Part shown: positions 19,057 to 28,949 of the stretch, in pieces
How the letters are laid out: every line of letters starts with the position of its first letter
Position numbering within the stretch: the stretch's first letter is position 1
Made by a program: the position numbers and the translations under genes
Source of the DNA: an uncultured Bacilli bacterium
GTDB taxonomy: Bacteria > Bacillota_I > Bacilli_A > RF39 > UBA660
Assembly: GCA_947598325.1 (NCBI GenBank)
Contig: CANQFD010000002.1
Location: 154,765 to 218,764 of the forward strand
Length of the DNA stretch: 64,000 bases
Direction of reading: 5' to 3'
The notes under the pieces: model-generated
Seen by the model: the letters and a program-made list of their open reading frames with translations, nothing else
The model's database searches: none
What the model was told of the DNA's origin: nothing

Positions 19057-20114
19057 TCACTTTTTTTATCTAATTCAACACTATTTATATTATTAAACCT
19101 TTTTGTTATTTTATCTGTAGTAGTATGTATATCTTCCACATCTTTACTTACAGTTTGAATACTTCTTGATAATTTATCCCATCTATCTTTATATCTAGAA
19201 AACTCAATAGATAATTTAGATAATTCTTCTTGAATAACTTTTGTATATTTATCTCTTTCAATATTTTTAATTATTACTTGTATTGTTGTAAGTGTACTCA
19301 TAAGAGTAGTAGGAGATGTTATCCATACTCTTTTTTTATATGCGTATTCTATAATATCATTATGATAGGCATTGAGTTCAGCAAATATTGCTTCTGCAGG
19401 CAAGAACATTATTGCCTGATTACTTGTTACACCAGGTATTATATATTTATTTGCAATGGCATCTATATGTTTTTTTACGTCATTTTTAAATAATTTTGCT
19501 GCAGTTTCTCTATCTGAAGAGCTAAATTTTTTATCAACCATTATTCTATAATTTTCAAGAGGAAACTTTGAATCTATTGCAACTACTCCAAGAGGTTCCG
19601 GTGCAAATAATACTGCATCTGCTATTGTACCATTATCAAATGAATATTGAAGTTTATATATTGAATCATTTTTACTTCCAAAAACACTTGATAATATATG
19701 ATTTAAATTTACCTCACCATATATTCCACGACTCTTTTTATCAGTCAATATTCCTTGAAGTGATACTATATCGTTTGATAAACTATCTATTTTCTTCTGC
19801 GCTTCATCTATTTTACTAAGTCTCTCTAATACATTATTAAAAGTCTTATTAGTCTTTTCAAAATTTTGATCTAATCTTTCATTTACTTTATCATTTATTA
19901 GATTTAATCTAAATTCTATTTTTTCATTTAAATTATTAAAATCATTATTTAAATTTCTATTTATATTTTCTCTAAATTCTCCAAGTTCCTTGGTTATACT
20001 ATTCTCTACTCTACCAAGTCTTTCCGTTATATTTCCTTCATTTATATTTTTAAATAAACTTATCGTAACTAGTATTATTATTAATACTAATAATCCTATG
20101 ATTATATACTCCAT
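19053..20114 (-). CDS. rmuC: DNA recombination protein RmuC
   Basis: N-terminal TM plus a long coiled coil. C-terminal block VVAIDSKFPLENY...MFLPAEAIFAE...VWITSPTTLM is typical of RmuC. Confidence 0.8.
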   Translation of the reverse strand: MEYIIIGLLVLIIILVTISLFKNINEGNITERLGRVENSITKELGEFRENINRNLNNDFNNLNEKIEFRLNLINDKVNERLDQNFEKTNKTFNNVLERLSKIDEAQKKIDSLSNDIVSLQGILTDKKSRGIYGEVNLNHILSSVFGSKNDSIYKLQYSFDNGTIADAVLFAPEPLGVVAIDSKFPLENYRIMVDKKFSSSDRETAAKLFKNDVKKHIDAIANKYIIPGVTSNQAIMFLPAEAIFAELNAYHNDIIEYAYKKRVWITSPTTLMSTLTTIQVIIKNIERDKYTKVIQEELSKLSIEFSRYKDRWDKLSRSIQTVSKDVEDIHTTTDKITKRFNNINSVELDKKSD

Positions 20115-20123
20115 TACTTCCTC

Positions 20124-20690
20124 CTATTTTATAAATTTATTTATAACTTTAGATGCTAAATACGCAAGTATAAGCATAACTATTATTTGTGCTATTACAT
20201 ATGGATCTGATATACTTTCTAAAAAACTCTTACCAATAAATCCCCAAAAGTATACCATTGGTATTTTTCCAACCATAAGAGCTGAAAAATATTTTTTTTG
20301 ATCTATATCAGATAAACCTGCACCTATATTAACTGCAAATGCTGGTGTAAATGGCATAGCAATTAAAAGAACTAAATTAGTATATGATATTTTTCCTATA
20401 TATTTTTTAAACTTCATTACATTTGGTTTAGATCCATATCTTTTATCAAATTTTTCTCTTAATTTTCTAGAGCAAAAAAACGAAATCATACATCCAATCA
20501 CGGTAGCAATCCAAGAGACAATAAAACCAAACAATGAACCAAATGATATTACATTAATTGCTATAAAAACTGAAAGGGGTAATACCGGAATTATTGATTC
20601 AAGAATTATTAAGATAAAACCTGATAATATTCCAAAAGATGTCATTAAATTAGTTAAATACTCTATTATTTGTGATATATATTGTTCCAT
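20124..20690 (-). CDS. TVP38/TMEM64 (DedA/SNARE-associated) family membrane protein
   Basis: Start at the ATG at 20690 after GGAGG. Polytopic. The core FGSLFGFIVSWIATVIGCMISFFCSRKL is typical of the VTT domain. Confidence 0.7.
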   Translation of the reverse strand: MEQYISQIIEYLTNLMTSFGILSGFILIILESIIPVLPLSVFIAINVISFGSLFGFIVSWIATVIGCMISFFCSRKLREKFDKRYGSKPNVMKFKKYIGKISYTNLVLLIAMPFTPAFAVNIGAGLSDIDQKKYFSALMVGKIPMVYFWGFIGKSFLESISDPYVIAQIIVMLILAYLASKVINKFIK

Positions 20691-20784
20691 ATAATCCTCC
20701 ATTGTTATTATAACCATATATTAAAAAAAAATAAAGTTTTAACTTTATTTATTTAAAAAATAAATGTAAACATATATCTTCCAT

Positions 20785-21057
20785 CTATGATATATATTTA
20801 TCGTATCCACCTATTACATCAACTACATCATACCCTAATATTTCTAATAATTCACAACATTTTTTACTCTTATACCCTGAAGTACAATATATATAATATG
20901 TTTCATTTTTATTTAAATATTTACTATGTAAATCAAGTAAAGTATCCATATCAATATTTTTTGCATTATATATATGCCCCTTTAAATATAATTTTTTGCT
21001 TCTTATATCAATTATATTAAAGTTAGGTCTTAAATCAGTAGGATTTATTTTTTTCAT
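20785..21057 (-). CDS. Rhodanese-like single-domain protein
   Basis: Contains IIDIRS...Y..GHI..A.NI and the active-site loop YCTSGYKS. Start moved to the ATG at 21057. Confidence 0.8.
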   Translation of the reverse strand: MKKINPTDLRPNFNIIDIRSKKLYLKGHIYNAKNIDMDTLLDLHSKYLNKNETYYIYCTSGYKSKKCCELLEILGYDVVDVIGGYDKYIS

Positions 21058-21084
21058 ATTATTCACCAATATATAATATGAAAA

Positions 21085-21125
21085 AAGAAAAAATTGGTTA
21101 TATCTTGTGAAAAATTAACCAATTT
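21085..21125 (-). terminator. Terminator at the end of the T4SS operon
   Basis: 10-bp stem aaattggtta / taaccaattt with a 15-nt loop. On the minus strand it is followed by tttcttttttc. It overlaps the T4CP stop codon. Confidence 0.5.
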
Positions 21126-23373
21126 ATTCTTCAAAGAAGAAATCATCAAAAAAGTCATCATAATCATCTTCTTTAGAAGTGCTAGTATCATCTTTATCAT
21201 CGTTAATATTATTATCTGAAACACCAGCATGAGTTTTAATAGTTTCATCGTTATTTGGAGTTTCCTTGATATTAAATGATTCAAAGTCTAACATATTACT
21301 AGGAATAATATTATCTTCTGTCTTTTTAGTTATTTCTTTTTCTTTTTCCTTATCTATATTTTCAATAGAACTAGGTAATGGAAGTTCATTTTTTATATTT
21401 TCATCATTTTTTAAAGTAGTATCTGTTTCCTGAATAACTGAAGATGTTTTTTCCTTTTCTTTTTGTTTTTCTTTTTCTTCTTCTTTTTCTAGTCTTGCTA
21501 TTTCAGCATCTATTTCTTTTATCATTTTATCTATATCAAAATTAGATGGATTAGGATTTGGCATTCCTGGGAATGGTGGAAATGGCATACTTGGCATTAC
21601 TCCACCATTATTTGATGAATCATTATTTTCTATATTTTTTAACATTTCTTGTTTTTTATTTCTAACAAACTCTTTTATATCAAATGTTTTAATTTCAGTC
21701 ATTTCTCTCTCTGGATAAATAACATTTTTTCCATAATGATCTACACCTTTTCCAAAACCAAAGTCTGTCTCAAAATCTTTCTTTAATTTTCCTCTAAATG
21801 GTGGACATCTATGTTTTATTAAAACAATCTCATCATCTTTCATTCTTTGAAGTTCTGATATAGTAACAAGTGGTCTTGTTTCTTCTTTTTTATCTTTACC
21901 AACTTTAACAAGTTTATCACCACATAGTTTACTAATTTCTTCAAGAGCAGATAATTCACCTGTTAATAAGTATATTAAGTTCCCACAGTTACCACGAATT
22001 GTTTCAGCATCATGATCACCATATACTTCTTTTATTTGTGCAAAGTTTTGTATTATAAATAAAAATCTTATTCTTCTTGAACGTGCTGCAGTTACCATTG
22101 TAGTTATATCTTTAAATTTAGGCATATTAGCAAACTCATCTAGTAGGAAATTTACTCTAACTGGAAGAGCACCGCCATGTTTATGCGCAACGCTTATTAG
22201 TGATTCATAACACTGCTTAACAAATATAGTAGCAAGTGAATGATATGTTGTTTTCTCATCTTGTATTATCATAAATACTGCGGTTGGTCTTTCACCTATT
22301 GTATCCATCTCAAAATCATTTTTAGAAAGCATCTCTGATAGATTTTTAGTAACAGCTAATGTCTTAACTTTTTGTTTTAAAACTGATACTATACCACCTT
22401 TTGTCTCATTTGGAGCATTTACAGTTCCAAGAGCATTAACACACGCTGGTGATGCAGGATCTTTAGCATTAAAATATTCTTTTAAATAATTTGATGCACC
22501 ATATCTATCTTCTCCAGTTGTCATCATTAAATTAACACTATTTATATTTATTTCTTCAGGTTTTGCATCTTCAAACATAGCAAGAGAAAGACCTGTTAGA
22601 TAACTAGCTGCAGAATCTTGCCAAAATGGATCTTGTGCTTTACCATCAACAACTATATTAGATGACAAATCATCTAAAAGTTCATTTGCTTTATCAAAGT
22701 TACCTTCTTTTTGAAATTTATATGGTAAATGATATGGATTCCAACAATTACCTTTTTGAGGATCACGAAAATTTAATATTATAATATCGTAACCTAATTC
22801 TCTTAAAAGTCCAGAGTTATCTTCATATATCTCGCCTTTTGGATCTGATACAATCATTGACTCTTTTGCTTTCATAAGCATCTTCATAGTTGGATTAATT
22901 ATTCCTGCTGTTTTACCTGAACCTGTAGCACCAAGTACTAATGTATGACTTTCACCGTTATCAACATACGCAGCATCTTTATCATAAACAAGTGGTACTC
23001 CACCATATTTAGACTCTTTATCTACAAATGGAACTCTTTCTACTCCTTTTGAGTTTTTTATTTCTTCTGCTTTAGCCCATCTAGAATAACCATCTTCTTT
23101 TTTTTCACTTACATATCCAAAACCTTTTTCTCTAGTAAAAAAATATGATGATGTTGAAGTAAATAAAAATGCTATAGAAAAAAACCAAAATAATAATGTA
23201 GAAATTATATACCTAGGAGTAAAAGCCAAAAATGGATTAAGTCCCCAAGGTGTTCCTTCTTGAACTATAAATGATACGTTCAAAATACATACTGCTACTA
23301 AATAAAGCATAAAGAATGCAACACATACAAAAGCAATAACATCCTTTTTTTCTGCTCTAAACTTTAATTTCAT
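21124..23373 (-). CDS. virD4: Type IV coupling protein (VirD4/TraG family) with a long Pro-rich and acidic C-terminal extension
   Basis: Two N-terminal TMs. Walker A LVLGATGSGKT. Walker B/TraG motif FLLDEFANMPKF. Start moved to the ATG at 23373 (the GTG at 23382 is part of AAGGTGA). Confidence 0.9.
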   Translation of the reverse strand: MKLKFRAEKKDVIAFVCVAFFMLYLVAVCILNVSFIVQEGTPWGLNPFLAFTPRYIISTLLFWFFSIAFLFTSTSSYFFTREKGFGYVSEKKEDGYSRWAKAEEIKNSKGVERVPFVDKESKYGGVPLVYDKDAAYVDNGESHTLVLGATGSGKTAGIINPTMKMLMKAKESMIVSDPKGEIYEDNSGLLRELGYDIIILNFRDPQKGNCWNPYHLPYKFQKEGNFDKANELLDDLSSNIVVDGKAQDPFWQDSAASYLTGLSLAMFEDAKPEEININSVNLMMTTGEDRYGASNYLKEYFNAKDPASPACVNALGTVNAPNETKGGIVSVLKQKVKTLAVTKNLSEMLSKNDFEMDTIGERPTAVFMIIQDEKTTYHSLATIFVKQCYESLISVAHKHGGALPVRVNFLLDEFANMPKFKDITTMVTAARSRRIRFLFIIQNFAQIKEVYGDHDAETIRGNCGNLIYLLTGELSALEEISKLCGDKLVKVGKDKKEETRPLVTISELQRMKDDEIVLIKHRCPPFRGKLKKDFETDFGFGKGVDHYGKNVIYPEREMTEIKTFDIKEFVRNKKQEMLKNIENNDSSNNGGVMPSMPFPPFPGMPNPNPSNFDIDKMIKEIDAEIARLEKEEEKEKQKEKEKTSSVIQETDTTLKNDENIKNELPLPSSIENIDKEKEKEITKKTEDNIIPSNMLDFESFNIKETPNNDETIKTHAGVSDNNINDDKDDTSTSKEDDYDDFFDDFFFEE

Positions 23374-23429
23374 AATATTCACCTTTTTTCATTTATTATT
23401 ATATCAAAAAGATAAGTATTTTTGAATAC

Positions 23430-26400
23430 TTATTTTACTCGCAATATTTTTACAATTTGAGATATCGTATGACCTGAACTTGTTATTCCTGGAATTCTAA
23501 TAGAAGCTGTCGAACCAGCATTATATACTTTTAAAATACCATTTGAGTATCCTGCATAAATTTCAACATGCCCTTGATATATTAGTATATCTCCTGGTTG
23601 TAGATTGTTTTTATTTACTTCAGGAAATTTCCAAGAATTTGCATAAAAGGTTCTATCATTTTGCTGATAACCACAAAAATTATCATATCCTGCATCACAT
23701 AAAACCCAAGAAACATATGAAGAACAATCTATTGTTTTTGTTCTATAATTTGGTACAACTATACCTGATTGAGAATAATAATATGAATTTTGTGCTATAT
23801 ATTTTTTTATTTTTATAGCACTTGGAATTATTTTATTAGATCCACCAGTAGTACCAGAAACAGTTGATGTTGATGGTGCATTTGCATCTTTATATTTTTT
23901 ATATATAGATTTTGCTGAAGATATTCTGCTATCGATATGTGGAACACCTGGTTTTTCAAATCCCTTACAAAATAATGTAGTAGCAGAAGCTATATCATCT
24001 TCAGAACTAGCATTATACCATGATTTATACCAAGATTCATTTTTATGACCACTTAATTCTTTAATTAAATACTCCATTTGCATTTGCAAATCACCTATAC
24101 TAGTTTTCTTTCTTTTAGCATAATTATATAATGATTGTTTTCTAGTATAATATGTCCACTGTGCAAGTCCATAACCTATAGAATCATTTATAAAAGTTTT
24201 TGAAGATAATTTCCCACTATCAACATTTTCAGTATATGTTTTACTTAATTTATAATCTTGGCTTCCATCATCGCCTTGTTTCCTATATGATATTAAGCCA
24301 GACTCTGCATTTAAGTTTCCCATTGCTGCTGCCGTTGCCTCTTTAGAATAACCTAAATTTCTAAAATACCACCATATTTTATCAATATCACTATCACCAG
24401 TTAATACTGAAGAATTACAAGCAACAAATAAATTAATTGGATCTACTGAAACTCCATTATCACTACCATCATCACTTCTGTATTCAAAATGAAGATGAGG
24501 CTCTTTTGAATCTCCTGTATTTCCTATTTTTCCTATTATATCTCCCTTTTGAACTTTATCTCCTACTTTTGGTTGTCCACTATTTTCTTTTAAATGCATA
24601 TATACACTAATAAATTCATATTTATTACCATCTACCATTATTGAATGTTTTATTCTTACCCACGCACCATAACTACTTGTACAATTTGGATCAGAATTAG
24701 TATTACAACTATTATTAGGTTCAGATGATATAACCTTACCACTCGCAATGGCATATACATTATCTCCTTCATTATTTCCTGTAGTTTCTTTATTTATATC
24801 AACCCCATTATGCATAACACCATTTCTTATTCCGTATGGATATGGTTCGCTAAACGAAACTTGTCTATTAGCTGGTATATCTACAGGAACTCTAAGTTCT
24901 GATACCAAATCCTCTGGTATACCTCCTGAACATGCAGGATTATAAGATTCTGCTGGTTTTTCTGTTTGTCCATAAACACTTGTATACCAACTAGCATGAT
25001 CATATATTTCATTAATAATATTATCTATTTCTCTATCTAAAGATAAACCTTCTAAACCTTTAAGATATGGTTTAAACTCTGGCATTTTTTTAATATAAAA
25101 ACTAGATAAATAACCTTTAAATTTTTCCTCATCATAACGTTTCGAATATACAGTTAAATAAATTTGTTCTTGACCATTCTCATCTACCCCATATTCCATA
25201 CTTGAAATACTTTTTAAACCCATAGAATATGTTTCTAATTGTCTAGATAAAGCAGTATATACTGAATCACCTGCAGTTATAAAAGTTGGTCCAAATACAA
25301 AATTGAATGCGCTTTTAAATAAATCTATTGAGTTTTGAAGTGGATTTGCAGACATTAACATTCCTATTAAAGCATCTTTAGTATTTTCCAAATCACTTGT
25401 TAATATCTCTCCATATCTCCTTTTAAATTCATCTAAAGTTATTCTTTCTCCCTGATTTGATCCCTCAAGCATTCCTGAATTAAGCATTCTAAGTCTCAAT
25501 ATCATACCTTGTGTATATTGATTATTTTTATTATACTGACTAACAATATCTTTAAAAATTTGTTTAGAATTATCACTATCATCTAATTGAGAATAATCCG
25601 TTGTATAATCATTTCTTGTTTCAGAATAATATAAAGCACTCATAACTAAAGGAAGATTAAGTTCTCCTGCACTTTTATTATATAAATACTCCATTTCTTC
25701 ATAAAAAGCTTCTTCCGTTGTCTTATATCCAAGACCAGAATATAAGTTACCTGCTTTTTCTGCTGTTTTAACCGTACCATTTAAAAATTCTGCAAATTTA
25801 TCCAAACTATCTATTACTGGACTCATAATAAAATAAAAGACCATTATTATCATAAATATAATTCCAATAGTTAAGAAAAAATATAATTTCCAATGTTTTA
25901 ATACTTTTTTTATCTGATTGGGAGGAGTTACATCATTTCCCTTAAATACAGATGATGATGTTTTACCTGGAGAAGACAAAGCATTCTTTTTCATATCAGC
26001 TGCTTCTTTTTTTATTTTATCTCCTGTTTTAGATAATTTATCACTAGCCTGCTTTGTTTTATCACCAGCCTTTTCAAGGCCTTTACTAGTTTTATCTACA
26101 CCTTTTCCTGCAAGCTCAGTTCCTTTACCTAATGCACTAACTCCTCCACCTGCTAGTTTACCTGCACCGCTTACAACTGAGCCAAGTGGAGCACCAATAT
26201 ATGGAATAGCTGATAAGGCAGATCCAGCAGCTGATGAAGCAGAGCTTATACCTTTCCCTGCACTTTGTAATCCTTTTCCGGCAGTTTGCATTCCTTTTCC
26301 AGCAAGCTGACCACCTTTTCCAGCGCCTTTCATTGCTGATCCTGCTGCTTTACCAGCATTACCTACACCTTTTGTAACATTTCCAGCAGTATTAACAGTA

Positions 26401-26543
26401 TCTGCAGCTTTTTCGGTCGCAGATTTAGTTTCTTTTTTTTGTTGAGATTGTGGATTAACTTTAGTATAAGGTTCTTCATAGGGCTCATCATAAGATTCTT
26501 CTTCTAATGTTTCTTCTTCTAAAATCTCCTCATTTTCATCCAT
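23430..26543 (-). CDS. T4SS cell-wall hydrolase: acidic N-terminus, Gly/Lys/Ala repeat, TM, then M23 peptidase + lysozyme-like + NlpC/P60 domains
   Basis: M23 motifs HNGVDI and GDSKEPHLHFEY. AAAMGNLNAESGL resembles the phage-tail-type lysozyme motif. NlpC/P60 Cys (IDCSSYVSWVL) and His (GHVEIYAG). TM LYFFLTIGIIFMIIMVFYFIM. Confidence 0.85.
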   Translation of the reverse strand: MDENEEILEEETLEEESYDEPYEEPYTKVNPQSQQKKETKSATEKAADTVNTAGNVTKGVGNAGKAAGSAMKGAGKGGQLAGKGMQTAGKGLQSAGKGISSASSAAGSALSAIPYIGAPLGSVVSGAGKLAGGGVSALGKGTELAGKGVDKTSKGLEKAGDKTKQASDKLSKTGDKIKKEAADMKKNALSSPGKTSSSVFKGNDVTPPNQIKKVLKHWKLYFFLTIGIIFMIIMVFYFIMSPVIDSLDKFAEFLNGTVKTAEKAGNLYSGLGYKTTEEAFYEEMEYLYNKSAGELNLPLVMSALYYSETRNDYTTDYSQLDDSDNSKQIFKDIVSQYNKNNQYTQGMILRLRMLNSGMLEGSNQGERITLDEFKRRYGEILTSDLENTKDALIGMLMSANPLQNSIDLFKSAFNFVFGPTFITAGDSVYTALSRQLETYSMGLKSISSMEYGVDENGQEQIYLTVYSKRYDEEKFKGYLSSFYIKKMPEFKPYLKGLEGLSLDREIDNIINEIYDHASWYTSVYGQTEKPAESYNPACSGGIPEDLVSELRVPVDIPANRQVSFSEPYPYGIRNGVMHNGVDINKETTGNNEGDNVYAIASGKVISSEPNNSCNTNSDPNCTSSYGAWVRIKHSIMVDGNKYEFISVYMHLKENSGQPKVGDKVQKGDIIGKIGNTGDSKEPHLHFEYRSDDGSDNGVSVDPINLFVACNSSVLTGDSDIDKIWWYFRNLGYSKEATAAAMGNLNAESGLISYRKQGDDGSQDYKLSKTYTENVDSGKLSSKTFINDSIGYGLAQWTYYTRKQSLYNYAKRKKTSIGDLQMQMEYLIKELSGHKNESWYKSWYNASSEDDIASATTLFCKGFEKPGVPHIDSRISSAKSIYKKYKDANAPSTSTVSGTTGGSNKIIPSAIKIKKYIAQNSYYYSQSGIVVPNYRTKTIDCSSYVSWVLCDAGYDNFCGYQQNDRTFYANSWKFPEVNKNNLQPGDILIYQGHVEIYAGYSNGILKVYNAGSTASIRIPGITSSGHTISQIVKILRVK

Positions 26544-26577
26544 AATCTCACCACCTAACTTCTATTTTTTTAATATT

Positions 26578-28368
26578 TTATAGTCCACCTTTTGACCCAA
26601 ATGAATCAAGTTCTGATTCTGTTGCAATTACACTTATTTGCATACGTTTATTACCACATACGAATAACGCATCACCTTGATTATATCTTTTAATATTTTC
26701 TTTTTCATTATCATTTAAGTCAATTAATTTACTTAAATCTTCTACAGCCTGTTTTCTAAGACCCATTACTAAATAATAAGATGAATTATCAAATATTGCT
26801 TTACCTTGCATTAACACATCTGGTGCTGCAAAATCACTAGGTTGTTGTGTTATTACTATTGTTCCAGTATTATATTTACGAGCACGTCTTTGAACATTTG
26901 CTAAGAAATCAGCACCTAAAGTATTATTATTGCCTAATAAAGTATGAGCCTCATCTACCATAAGAACTGTATTAATTGATGTATCTAAACACAAACTCCA
27001 TGCATGTTTTAATATATTGAAGAATAATGCATTTTTTATATTTTTTTCAGCATTCATAAGTTCTCTTATATTAAATACTATAAAATTTGATTTTGGGGCT
27101 ATTGTAGTATGGCCATCAAAATAATGTTCTAAACCACCAAAAGTAAGTGGTCTAACTTTTAACTCAAGTCTTTCCATTATATCTCTTTCACGAGTAGCTT
27201 CACCATATGATAAAATTCTTCCTCTTATTGTTTTATACACATCACTAAATGTTGGAAAATCCTCTGATGATAATTCCGAAAAGTTTGTATTAACATTTAT
27301 ATTAAATCTCTGATATGTTTCTACTACTACCTCATTAAATAAAGTAAGTACGTCTTCTTCTATAGATGGATCATAATATCTCATAAATGCTTTTAATGTT
27401 TGAAGTGTTTTTGTTAAAACTGCATATCCTACACCTCTAGAAGATTCTTCATCATCTGAATCTGGAACTATTTCAAGTGGATTTATCATTCCAAATTCTC
27501 CACCTCTACCTAAATCTATAAAATCACCATCATATAATCTAGCCATAGGTTCAAGTTCACCTTCTGGGTCTATTGCAACTATTTTATAATTATTTCTTAT
27601 ATGTGATCTTAATAATAGTTTTGCTGCGGTTGACTTACCTGATCCAGATGTACCAAGTATAATCATATTTGCATTATTTCTATTATATTCTTTCTTTATC
27701 TGATACAAAAATTGATTAAATAGTATAATACCTCCAGAAAAGTCCACTCCAAGAAGACATGATAATCCTTGATCTTTAATACTATCAAAAATAAATGGAT
27801 ACATTGCTGCAAGTGTTGGTGATGGAATTGGAGTACCTATTCTATCTTCAATATCTTGCTTATCAAATATAGGTAAACATGATTTTAGAACTTTTTCCTG
27901 TTCAAATCTAAGAGGTATAGCTCTCATTTCCATTGCTTCTAAAACTGATTTTATTTGTAATTTTCTTTTTTCTAGCTCATCTTTTGTATCTGCGGTAATC
28001 ATTATATGAAGTTGAAAATCAAACACCTTAGATTGGTTTGTTGTAATAACTTTAATAAAATTTTCAAGTGATTCATAATCTTGTCTTATTCTCTCTTGAA
28101 GAGTTGGATCATTTTCATGTTGATATTTATCTTTTAATTCTATAAGTTGTTTATTTAACATTTTAGATACCATTTCAAAACCAACAGGAATGTGTTTTGC
28201 TACTATTTTAACACCTGTTACACCTGTTGTTAGATTTGCTAAATAACCATGATTAATATATTTTGGATAGGAAATAACAGTTAATATAGTTGCATACTTA
28301 TCACTTATAAAAAATTCATTTGCATTAAATGTCATTCCTTTTGGTGCTACTTCTTTTTTTAAACTCAT
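26578..28368 (-). CDS. virB4: VirB4-family T4SS ATPase (C-terminal two thirds)
   Basis: Walker A IILGTSGSGKST and Walker B VLMVDEAHTLL. At 596 aa it is shorter than the usual ~650-830-aa Gram-positive VirB4. Confidence 0.9.
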   Translation of the reverse strand: MSLKKEVAPKGMTFNANEFFISDKYATILTVISYPKYINHGYLANLTTGVTGVKIVAKHIPVGFEMVSKMLNKQLIELKDKYQHENDPTLQERIRQDYESLENFIKVITTNQSKVFDFQLHIMITADTKDELEKRKLQIKSVLEAMEMRAIPLRFEQEKVLKSCLPIFDKQDIEDRIGTPIPSPTLAAMYPFIFDSIKDQGLSCLLGVDFSGGIILFNQFLYQIKKEYNRNNANMIILGTSGSGKSTAAKLLLRSHIRNNYKIVAIDPEGELEPMARLYDGDFIDLGRGGEFGMINPLEIVPDSDDEESSRGVGYAVLTKTLQTLKAFMRYYDPSIEEDVLTLFNEVVVETYQRFNINVNTNFSELSSEDFPTFSDVYKTIRGRILSYGEATRERDIMERLELKVRPLTFGGLEHYFDGHTTIAPKSNFIVFNIRELMNAEKNIKNALFFNILKHAWSLCLDTSINTVLMVDEAHTLLGNNNTLGADFLANVQRRARKYNTGTIVITQQPSDFAAPDVLMQGKAIFDNSSYYLVMGLRKQAVEDLSKLIDLNDNEKENIKRYNQGDALFVCGNKRMQISVIATESELDSFGSKGGL

Positions 28369-28949
28369 TATGAAATCACCGTCCTATTTTCAGTTTTTAC
28401 CCCACCATTTAAAAAGTTATCAAGAATCATTCTTAAATCCTCATTTGATGTTTGAGAAGCAATTAAACCACAAGATGCAAGACCATTAATAAGTGTTCTA
28501 ACTGTTTTCTGAAGCAAATCATTATCACTTTCCTTAAATAAAATATAATATTCTGTATCAACAACATTATTATTGATAAAAAATTCTGCTTTATTTATAT
28601 CATCTATTATTAATTTTCTAAGAACAGGATTAGCTGTATCATTTAATTGTAACTGTAACTGTGATATATATAAATTAATATCTACAGGTCTATCAGCTAC
28701 TATAAGCCAAAATTCAAAATCAATAAGATTGTAAAATGTCTTTAAAGACTCAATAATATTATTCTGTGACATTTCATCTAATATAAAGATATTTTTAGGC
28801 TGTATTTTTACACCTGATACCATTTTCTTATCATCTAAATATATAATATTATTTGTAATCGATTTTACTGTTATCCAATTTTCTGTAAAAGCACTATTTG
28901 TATTCATCTGTATAGCACCAACCTTTCCATTTATAATTTCTTCTTCCAT
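28368..28949 (-). CDS. Probable detached N-terminal domain of VirB4
   Basis: 193 aa. Its stop overlaps the VirB4 ATG (TAATG). The sequence ...IKSITNNIIYLDDKKMVSGVKIQPKNIFILDEMSQNNIIESLKTFYN...FWLIV resembles the N-terminal region of TrsE/PrgJ-type proteins as I recall them. The start codon is uncertain (28949 or 28907). Confidence 0.45.
   Translation of the reverse strand: MEEEIINGKVGAIQMNTNSAFTENWITVKSITNNIIYLDDKKMVSGVKIQPKNIFILDEMSQNNIIESLKTFYNLIDFEFWLIVADRPVDINLYISQLQLQLNDTANPVLRKLIIDDINKAEFFINNNVVDTEYYILFKESDNDLLQKTVRTLINGLASCGLIASQTSNEDLRMILDNFLNGGVKTENRTVIS

Noticed and set aside
21063-21284. 73-aa minus-strand ORF overlapping the T4CP 3' end
   Set aside because: It is an alternate frame of the acidic tail region and spans the terminator hairpin. 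No RBS.
25918-26310. 130-aa Pro/Ala/Ser-rich plus-strand ORF (similarly 30680..31102, 30600..30866 and minus-strand 30596..30790)
   Set aside because: These are shadow or alternate-frame ORFs produced by the Gly/Ala/Lys-rich repeat tracts of the hydrolase and VirB6-like genes. They have no start context and are embedded in genes with clear catalytic or TM signatures.
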